DNA of 63,972 bases, filler included, from Choristocarpus tenellus KU-1152 (lineage: Eukaryota; Protista; Phaeophyceae): assembly GCA_964200185.2 (NCBI GenBank). It is 9 parts of 9 records of this genome, joined end to end, with 100 filler letters (N's around TTAATTAATTAA, not from the genome) between each part and the next. Parts side by side here need not be neighbours in the genome. Positions count along the whole stretch, not along the records: positions 41,394 to 58,033 come from CAXNAD020000801.1; positions 58,134 to 61,225 come from CAXNAD020022377.1; positions 61,326 to 63,972 come from CAXNAD020025986.1; 6 more parts are not named here. One strand, written 5' to 3'. Shown here in pieces: positions 56,058 through 63,972 of this stretch. Every line of letters begins with the position of its first letter. The stretch's first letter is position 1. Under the pieces are notes generated by a model, which was not told where the DNA came from, made no database searches, and was given only the letters and a program-made list of their open reading frames with translations. The translations under genes and the position numbers were made by a program.

Positions 56058-56987
56058 CATCGATGCAGGGGAGGCATTTATCGCAAGTTAAAAGTTAGTA
56101 ATCTTCTCTCAAACCCTAACCCTTGGGTCGTAGGCTGTATCTGTGTATTTTATTATTATTATACACAGAAGCGGTAACGATAAATAAATGCAAAAATAAA
56201 AAAGTAATGTGGCAGAAGAAAAAGTAAGAAAGGAATAACCTCTCTTTAGGGTTAGGGTTAAAATCAATAAGAAAGAATAACCTTCTCTTAAGGTTAGGGT
56301 TAGAGTAAACTGAAACACCACCCCTATCAATATGGATAGGTATTAACGTCCTTCATCTCTTCATCTACAGTCACATACCAAGAACTGAGAATAATCAAAC
56401 CAACTCTAACCCTAACCCTAACTGAGGAATATCGACAATAATAGTTCAGATCAGAAAACTGAAAACTAACTGAAAACAAATAGTTTTCTTGCATCCATAT
56501 GTATGTATATATGTATTATGTATTACATATATAGGTACAGTGCAAATTCTACAGAAAAAAAAACACCAAATGAGTATTATGAGTATTAAAATGAATAGGA
56601 CGTATCCATCCACTAAACAAAGTAGCATTAAAAATTCGCTGATGGGAAATGCCTGGCCAGCACTACTCATCATAAATCACACCATACACACACACACATA
56701 TATATATACTAACAAATACAAAAAATAAAAGGAATAAAAGAATAAATAAAATAGCACTCACCACTAATAAATAAAAATAAAAATAAATCGAACCCTAACC
56801 CTAACCCTAAATAAACAATAATTAAAAAGTGGAATGAACAAAAAGACTCAAGAGGACGATGGTCACACCCACCAATGATGACATCGTCTGGATTGCAGGT
56901 CTCCGCCACCTCCTTGATGAAGAGGTACATCATGCGCCTGAGATGGAGGTCTTGACTCTGAAAGAGCTTTGTCACACCAAAAAATAC
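42069..56987 (-). CDS. COPG: Coatomer subunit gamma, internal part; exons 56987-56873, 55999-55888, 54170-54080, 53367-53242, 52759-52640, 51277-51158, 49821-49688, 49255-49114, 48315-48175, 47010-46871, 46313-46181, 44866-44676, 43127-43003, 42220-42069
   Basis: [128 protein letters not shown]. All junctions are GT-AG and in phase. Confidence 0.96.
48712..48891 (+). mobile_element. MITE subfamily B, full length (intronic), with TTAGGG units in its left G-tract
   Basis: GACCCAAAGTATCTGGGGGTTAGGGTTAGGGTCTACACC ... polyC-AGATACTTTGAACC. Confidence 0.85.
50719..50932. repeat. 11-bp minisatellite (CACAGTTACAY) x ~19
   Basis: Alternating CACAGTTACAC and CACAGTTACAT units in a COPG intron. Confidence 0.95.
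55497..55775. repeat. Degenerate (ACACA/CAACA)n low-complexity tract; a similar tract lies at 51296-51435
   Basis: Runs of CAACA and ACAATGTTACACAACAC units. Confidence 0.75.
56017..56057. repeat. Compound (CA)n(GA)n microsatellite serving as the TG/CT tract upstream of a COPG acceptor
   Basis: ACACAC...AGAGAG within ~20 nt of the acceptor at 56000-56001. Confidence 0.85.
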
Positions 56988-57853
56988 CTGTTTGAAGTTG
57001 GTGTACGTGTCCACACACAACAGCCAAAGCAGTACCAAGAGTTAGGGTTAGGGTTAGGGTTAGCAACACTTCCAGAACAAGAAAAAAATGAGAAAATATA
57101 TATATTTTTAAGAACATGCAAGAGAGAGAGAGAATTAGGGTTAGGGTTAGAGAGAGAGAGAATTAGGGTTAGGGTTAGAGAGAGAGAGAGAGAGAGGTGG
57201 TTGTGAGTCAGGACTGGAAACACCTCTTCAAGGATGGACGCAATTGTCCCCAGAATAAAAAAGGCTGTATATAGTTAGGGTTAGGGTTAGTTGTAACTGT
57301 AATCAGATCAAAAATATAATAAGTGGACCAAAGACTTGATGACCTTGTCTGAAGAGACAACTTACATGGAGGGCAAAAGGCGAAATGACAACCGGCAGAT
57401 GTTTCAATATTCCCACATTTTTTTTCCTCAAAATATTTGATCATTTTCTCCAAAAACTAAGGGTTAGGGTTGGGGTTGAGAGTACAGGAGCACAATCTTG
57501 GGGTTAGTGTTAGGGCAGTACAGTAACAGCCAACTAATGAGCTACCTGCCCAGCTGTCAGAGATGGTGATTTCATTGGGTTGCACTAGAGTTGCACCATC
57601 CAAAAAACGAAATCGGTTTCAAACACTAGTTAAAAGAAAAAAATGTATGTATATATATATATATATATCAAAACTGTGTGTTATTAAAAGAGATGATACC
57701 CTTAACAAAAAACAAAAAACAAGAAACAGAAGAGTCCACTCTGACCTAGCTTCAAGAATTGGAACACACTTCAGTAACCACAATCGTGAACACTAAACAT
57801 TGAAAGGGTTAGGGTTAGGGTTAGGGTTACAGTACAAAATCTTAGTAAGCTCA

Positions 57854-58033
57854 GGGTCAAAGTATCTTGGGGGGGGGGGGGTGTCGGCGTCCGTTTTTGA
57901 CCCTTTTTTCGATTTTCACGTTTTTGGTGTGATTTGGTCGCACGTGTCAGATTTGAAATTTCAGCAAAAAAAAGAGTTGTTCGACCGAAACGGACGCCTC
58001 CTCACAAACCCCCCCCCCCCCCCCCCCTCAGAT
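57854..58033 (-). mobile_element. MITE subfamily C, nearly full length
   Basis: GGGTCAAAGTATCTT-polyG...polyC-TCAGAT. Reverse complement of 12842-13008. Confidence 0.85.
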
Positions 58034-58133
58034 NNNNNNNNNNNNNNNNNNNNNNNNNNNNNNNNNNNNNNNNNNNNTTAATTAATTAANNNNNNNNNNN
58101 NNNNNNNNNNNNNNNNNNNNNNNNNNNNNNNNN
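58034..58133. other. Artificial contig linker
   Basis: N44-TTAATTAATTAA-N44. Confidence 0.98.
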
Positions 58134-58347
58134 AATTTTGCTATGTTTGTCCATTTGGAGCTTGGTTTCCCATGGGTATTTTTATGACATTTTCCTACTC
58201 CAAAATGTTTATGTTATGAAAATGTGTGTCCGAAACACAGATATTGACACTTCCTGACAAATACAATAGCCGACACTACATCAAAATCGTAACATTGGAT
58301 TTTGACCCCAAATGGACGCAGCTCTACCCTCTAAGATACTTTGGCTC
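58134..58347 (+). mobile_element. MITE subfamily A, partial
   Basis: Interior matches the other A copies. Ends TACCCTCTAAGATACTTTGGCTC. Confidence 0.85.
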
Positions 58348-58659
58348 ATTAACCAACAGACCCACTCCCACTCCCACGTTCTTCTGTCCTGATCATGCCA
58401 CCTTATCCTTTACACACCCAACGCGCACCTGACTAGGATAAATTCGACTTCAGAGCGGTTCACATGTTCACTGTGCTGTGGTACACTAACCCAGACACCG
58501 CCATCAAATCCCTCAAGAACAGCGGGGGGTTCACATACACCTACAGGTTGAAGGTGGGGTAAACATTCCCAACTATGTTGTCCCCACAAGACGAACACCA
58601 CACTTGACATAGTGCAGACAGTAATGAAGGAGTTTGATGTGTTTTGTCGAACGGTAAAG

Positions 58660-58918
58660 GAGTGAAAGTATCTCAGAGGGTACGAGTTTTGCCCCATTTG
58701 TCCATTTGGGACTTGGCTTCCCACGGGTTATTTGCATCATTTTACCTACTACGAATGTTTCAGAGTAGGAAAAATGTATACGTTATGGAAAAGGTGCGTG
58801 TAGAACAAGGATATTGACACTTCCTAACAAACACAATGGCCAAAATTACAGCAATATCGCAATATTGGACTTTGGCCCCCAAATGGACGCGGCTCTACCT
58901 TGTGAGGTACTATGGCTC
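58660..58918 (+). mobile_element. MITE subfamily A, full length; TSD AAAG
   Basis: AAAG|GAGTGAAAGTATCTCAGAGGGTA ... TACCTTGTGAGGTACTATGGCTC|AAAG. Confidence 0.9.
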
Positions 58919-59099
58919 AAAGACCATCTGTTTCCAAAGAACACCAAGCCCATAGGGTTCTGCTGTACTACGCACATCCCCTCGTAATCCCTCCCTGATA
59001 GATACACTGCTAACCTAAATCCTCCACATCCTCAATAGATAGATACACTGCTCATTCTTTATTGGTATCCTAACGACACACCATCGCACATTTGACGTA

Positions 59100-60700
59100 C
59101 ATGTAGCTCACGGACGAGATCAAGGAGCAGTATTTGGCAAGGCTGTGCACCACGTGCTCGCTGGCACGACATTGTCGAGTTGGCTGCCCACATCTTCTCA
59201 GAACAGGCTGTTAAAAAATTGCCTCTACTGACGCACTCTCGTTGACGTATGTTGTTGGGACGGAGACATTTCCAGAGGAATGGGTAAGTCGATTTTGACC
59301 GTGACGATTCAAGTAACGTATGGATGTATATGCATACACCCCCTTTCTGACCCCGCAACAGCCCCAATATTTATTGTCTAGTTCGTGCCTCGCGAGGCAG
59401 ACACCCATGTCATCCATGTGACTTACCGTTCCACTACCCATGTTCTTCTCCATGACAGTTCTCCCACACTCTTCGGGGCATCCGCCGGAACAAACGACCC
59501 CCGGTCGACCAGGACAAAGGGAAGGAAAAGACTAGAGGAGAGGAGAAGAAGAATAGACCAGGAGTCGGCGATCCAGACACGGCGTCTGCCGCTCAGGTGG
59601 AGGAGGAGTGGGCATCTCAACCCTGGAAAGTCCAATTGTCATACATGAGACGTATGCACATCAAGAATGTCCTCATCACGAGCGCTGTCCTGGAGGTTGC
59701 CATACAAGTTATGAATGACCTAAAACGGAAAGACAAGCTCGGTATAGATCCCTACGCCGATGACTCATCAGAGCAGGGTCTTCAACAGAGGGTCCTCCTA
59801 CCAAGAAATGCATCCTCAGCGTCGAGGTACTCAACTGTGTGTGAGGTTTATCATCTCATATCTCCACTGTATTTCAGTTCGTATCAAGCCACCTCACAAT
59901 AAACGCCCTGATTGCGCACATTATTGTAACTCATAAACTCCGCAGGTGTTGAGGGAGGATGTGGAGGAGGGTACAAAATACCTGGACATCGTCAAATTCT
60001 CTGAGGGTGTTACCCTGAACACCAATGACGTACACAGAGGCAAGCAATTACATCATTGTACAACATCGCCATAGGTTAACATCCAAACACGGTTCCCTAC
60101 ACCAAACACAACCTAGACTCTCGCAGATCTTACCGACGTTTGACAGTTTCACAACGAACATTGTCACAGGGTTCTCCGCTTCTTTCAAAGGTTGCAAAGT
60201 TACTCATCGAGCAGATTGATTCATACTTTCGCTGTGTTGTACCAATCGACAGAACCCTCTCAAAAGTAGGGAAATTATGCCACGGTTACATGCTAGTCCT
60301 ATTCGCATCCTCTTCACCCTATGTCACCAGCCCTATATTTCTTCCTGTTTTGTGGGCCCGAATAATCCACCCAAGTTTAACGAACCGCTAATACTCTGAT
60401 CCATCCATCCTTTCCTCAACCCCTGCCTCCTCCTCTGTATCCTGCCTCGCTTACTCCTTCTCACCAACCTCTATCTCATTCCTTGCCTCCTAACGCTAAC
60501 ACCTCCAACCATCTTTTTGACCTCTACTTCGCCACGTCCTTTGCCTACTCTTTCATCATCGCAGAGATAACTAGAGTCACAACCATCACGATCCCCCCAG
60601 ACAAGAACGACACATCCGAGCATGACCTCGAGAAGTTCAAGTCCGAAACGAGCGCCGCTCACGAGAGAGAAGTCGCCCTTCTCCAGACCTGACCAGGAGG
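59100..60700 (+). pseudogene. Decayed coding-like sequence of unknown family (possibly TE- or virus-derived)
   Basis: Successive protein-like frames broken by stops and frameshifts (WHDIVELAAHIFSEQ; EEEWASQPWKVQLSYMRRMHIKNVL; HLFDLYFATSFAYSFII..EHDLEKFKSE). No motif recognised. Confidence 0.3.
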
Positions 60701-61199
60701 CATGGTAATCACATGCACCGCCCTCGGGGACAACCTAGATGCGGATCGTATCTAACTCCTCATAGACGGACTCTCCACCTTCCGCAATTTTGCACTGGTG
60801 AAGACACCGGTAGCTGGTGGCGTGTTCACGCCTATATCATGTGGAAGACCCAACCCACCAGGTGATGAAGAGGAACAAGATAGCCAATCGCCTAGCCCTG
60901 CAGTAGATACGGGAAGCAGGACTCTACGAGGGGGGAGGCACACAATCACACCCTCGGGGACAAAGCTCACAGAGTGGTGGGAGAAGGGGGACGAATGTAG
61001 TTTTGAGTCCGCCCACCAATTAAAATAGGGCTTCGGTTGTTTCGGTTTTTTGTTGAAGTACGGGTAGAGTTACAGGTTGTGGTGAATTATGCATCAGTGT
61101 ACCTTGCCTTCGTGTCTGACTACCATGTTCATTCACTTTTCATTCGATGAGTTATGCATTTAGATAGTGGTATCGGATATATTGCTACTAGTCAGAGTC

Positions 61200-61225
61200 G
61201 ACCCAAAATATCTGGGAGGGGGGGG
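61200..61225 (+). mobile_element. MITE subfamily B terminus truncated by contig end
   Basis: GACCCAAAATATCTGGGAGGGGGGGG. Confidence 0.7.
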
Positions 61226-61325
61226 NNNNNNNNNNNNNNNNNNNNNNNNNNNNNNNNNNNNNNNNNNNNTTAATTAATTAANNNNNNNNNNNNNNNNNNN
61301 NNNNNNNNNNNNNNNNNNNNNNNNN
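61226..61325. other. Artificial contig linker
   Basis: N44-TTAATTAATTAA-N44. Confidence 0.98.
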
Positions 61326-61424
61326 TGCATACGTCGGATGGATACTGTAAATGTACTTTTCCTGATTTTGGTCCAAATGGACACCATGGTGTAGACCCCC
61401 CCCCCCTCCCAGATACTTTGGGTC
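61326..61424 (-). mobile_element. MITE subfamily B, partial
   Basis: Closely matches positions 25-125. Ends CCCAGATACTTTGGGTC. Confidence 0.8.
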
Positions 61425-62189
61425 TATCGTATGTATTGACTCACTAGTGTCCACTGATTTTTGGTGTTATGTTCAAGATACACTTGCTATACTTAAGTAA
61501 ATAAGTGATCCATAGTACATTAGTGTGGACGATTGCAAACCCCACACTATCGGAATAGCACTGGCAGTCTAGATGTCTGACCCCCACCAATTCAGTCAGT
61601 GGAATCGAGACCACAAGCCTCTTGTAACATTAATGTTGTATATCTATATCAAGCCATTTATTGTCCTCTATCAAGGCACACAACCGTGGGTCCAGTGTGG
61701 AATATTTCAACGCAAGTGTGAAAAGCCTTAGACATTTGCCGACCAGGTCGACCCTGCCTGGAGCCACTGGAAATATTTCAAGGGGGATCGTGGGTGCCTA
61801 CGTTCCCATATACGACAAGTATACGGAAGTAATCTCCTCCTGCCCATTTATTGCTGAAGATGTGCGGTAGATCAAAATCATATTGCAAAACTAGGCTTTT
61901 TCTAGGTTGAGAGGTGTCGTCTCCCTTGTGGCATGTCACTCACGAAACGCTTAGCCGGAAGGAGGAAAGCCCAAATCTGACTAACACGTTGGGGACTTGT
62001 GTCGCATCAAGTAGCGTTATGCTTGCATTGTGTTTACTGATACAATCATGGGACAGAGAGAGTTTCATGGACGTTTATGCAATGTTCTATACAACACATA
62101 GTAGTACCCAATATTATGGTCTGATGAGCCAGTTGTTGCTCATGTGTTAAGTGATGGTTGGCGCTGACAACAGCACCTAACTTAATTAA

Positions 62190-63147
62190 TGTAAGTGTAC
62201 AATTGCCATGGCGATACCCAGAAGGAGTTCTTGGTACTGAGCCTTTATATACGAAGCTTTATAACACCTTGCTGCAGAAGCATTGCGAGGAGGTATGGAG
62301 AACCGAGGAAAAGAGAGGGAGTACAACTAGCACCCCTTCAGATTCTGCTGGTGAGGTGGTGGGTGGGTGAGCAACTCTTTTTCGTCCGTTTTGGGCTTTA
62401 CTGGAGGTGCTCTAGTTGACAAAGTGTCTTTGTGTATCAATTATTGTTGTTTGTCAACTGTACCCCCCCCCCACCTGCCCTACTGCTCCCTGAAAAGAGT
62501 TAGATGGGAACACGAGTCTCGAGGTTGAGGAAGTGGAGCAGGCAGCAACAACTGGTTTTGATGAGTGAATGCGTACATCAGACGGTTCTAATGTGGCCGA
62601 TGGGAGGAAGATGTGCACTCACTGGGTGTCTGCGTAGCTCTCTTTTTTTCGCATCATGGGCCTATGAGCAATGATCTTACGCCAGAATTCAACCTTTGGG
62701 TATCCTGTGGTCAACATCCTAGGAAGAGGAAGGTGAGGAATGCAGCAGCCTCTGACAAAAGTTTCGACAAGAATTATACCACTTTTTCGTCAGCATCAAA
62801 GACACACTGTGCCAACTCAATCTCAGACCTAAGGGTAGGCCTGGCCGAAAAAAGCTCAGAGCTGGAGAAGCTAAGCTGAAAGGTGGAATGGTGGTGGGAT
62901 CGGTACTTGTGGTGTCAGAGATTATACGAAGTTTGCCTATCCATGTCGAAATTATTCTAGGATACTGTTCATGTCAGACAGGAGTAAGAGAAACTCCGAC
63001 AAATGGAGGCATACTCAACTAGAACCAGGGACTTCAAAGAGGAGATTCAACTGCTGGTTGACATGGGTCGCAGGGATGAAGCTCAGAAGAAGAAGCGGGT
63101 ACTGTTGAAGTTACTTAGAAGCCCTCTGTATGAGCAGCTCCGCTGAC
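62190..63147 (+). pseudogene. Coding-like remnants of an unidentified gene with a coiled-coil C-terminus
   Basis: Frames such as LYTKLYNTLLQKHCEEVWRTEEKR and RDFKEEIQLLVDMGRRDEAQKKKRVLLKLL. No consistent splice model was found. Confidence 0.25.
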
Positions 63148-63972
63148 ACTGCAGCCAGTGCACAGTCAGTGCAGCAGCTGCTCGCAGTGACTGATCAGCA
63201 TGTGCATTCCGACCAGTCAGCCGCTGTGAATGTTTAGTGACAGGACAGACTTGTCAGGATTGCAGTCACATATCAGTTTGTGTAGCAGCCTCTTACAGTG
63301 CCTGCACAGTCTTTACGGTTGTTCCAGGAGGCCCCCACTATCAGTATTGCAGTCGCATCACAGTTTGTGCAGCAGCCATTCATGCACGTCAGAAGGTTCC
63401 GAGGAAACAGTGAGGATGGCTCAACAAGCAGCTGGGGTGACTCTATAGATGCGTGAAACAATGTAGGAAACAGTAATAGCAATGAATGCAATGATTACAC
63501 TGATAATAACACTATAACATTAAATATTACTATTAATAATATTTATTATAATACAACAATAACAATAGTATTAGTAATAATAATACAATAATCACAATAT
63601 AATAATAATTAAAACTAGTAAGGTAAGGGGGGAGAGGGACAAGATGAGATTTGGGGCATGCAGGGGGAGTCCCACAGCCCTGACTGCCGATGAAAACAAT
63701 GATGATGCCATTGCTTAATTTGGTACATTATTCACTATTTCCTTGATGCATGATGCTACTGATGCCTAAAAACAATGTTTGTGTGAGGATAGATGTCCAT
63801 GAAGAGAAGGAACCATCGTGCAATATGCAGGGACTGGTGGTCATAGACACTACTATTACAAAAATGAGAGCAGAAAGGAAGAATAGATATAATCATTAAA
63901 ATATAATGTGACGGACAGGTCCCTTCGGGAGCTGATCTTAGTCCAAATACACATCCGCGTGCACACACAAAG

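Larger units (their letters stand above)
41505..57830. repeat. Dispersed short interstitial telomeric-type repeats (TTAGGG/CCCTAA, 2-6 units each) throughout the COPG introns
   Basis: Roughly 70-80 tracts by eye in both orientations, e.g. 42496-42519, 45258-45293, 52996-53017, 57041-57063, 57825-57849. Confidence 0.92.

Noticed and set aside
16676-56987. Apparent vesicle-trafficking cluster (KKXX protein, AP3B, COPG)
   Set aside because: The three genes are on different contigs joined artificially.
41394-58033. True chromosome end, or ORFs with RVRV/LTLT/GLGL/NPNP runs
   Set aside because: The tracts are short, internal and in both orientations. The peptide runs are just translations of TTAGGG.
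59236-59290. LVDVCCWDGDISRG as a SAM-binding motif
   Set aside because: It lacks the GxG core, and an overlapping frame looks equally protein-like. The evidence is insufficient.
61200-61424. One MITE bridging the linker (also 9200-9367)
   Set aside because: At 61200/61424 both fragments carry the same GACCC-type end in opposite orientation, so they are separate copies. The 9200 fragment is too short to assign. Contigs often break in these repeats.
63495-63612. AT-rich tract as an origin or regulatory element
   Set aside because: It is a degenerate (AAT)n microsatellite.

Overview
Eukaryotic, intron-rich genomic DNA, most likely from a brown alga or related stramenopile. This is inferred from the GT/GC-AG introns, RTE-type LINE remnants, a Zn2Cys6 factor and TTAGGG repeats. 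The window is not one locus. It is nine contigs (1-5485, 5586-9220, 9321-12741, 12842-28132, 28233-36534, 36635-41293, 41394-58033, 58134-61225, 61326-63972) joined by artificial N44-TTAATTAATTAA-N44 linkers, so gene neighbourhood across linkers is meaningless. Spliced genes reconstructed by hand: a KAD-repeat coiled-coil (DUF4795-like) fragment, PLPBP/YggS, a small KKXX-tailed membrane protein, a REX1/REXO-family DEDDh exonuclease, the 5' part of AP-3 beta, the 3' end of an alpha/beta-hydrolase that appears spliced to a DnaJ-type Zn finger, a Zn2Cys6 factor, and 14 internal exons of coatomer gamma. Mobile DNA includes about 20 copies or fragments of at least five MITE subfamilies sharing G(A/G)xxCAAAGT(ATCT) termini and 4-bp TSDs (Sola2-like), plus RTE, CRE-like and other LINE remnants. 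The most unusual signal is the dense scattering of short TTAGGG tracts through the COPG introns. They have overwritten a MITE G-tract, sit at junctions of local duplications, form one 5' splice site and lie at branch-point position. Other notable signals are a 78-bp tandem array reading as a decayed beta-helix repeat, an intragenic exon triplication with inactivated donors, and two GC-AG introns. No prokaryotic system, CRISPR array or RNA gene could be supported.
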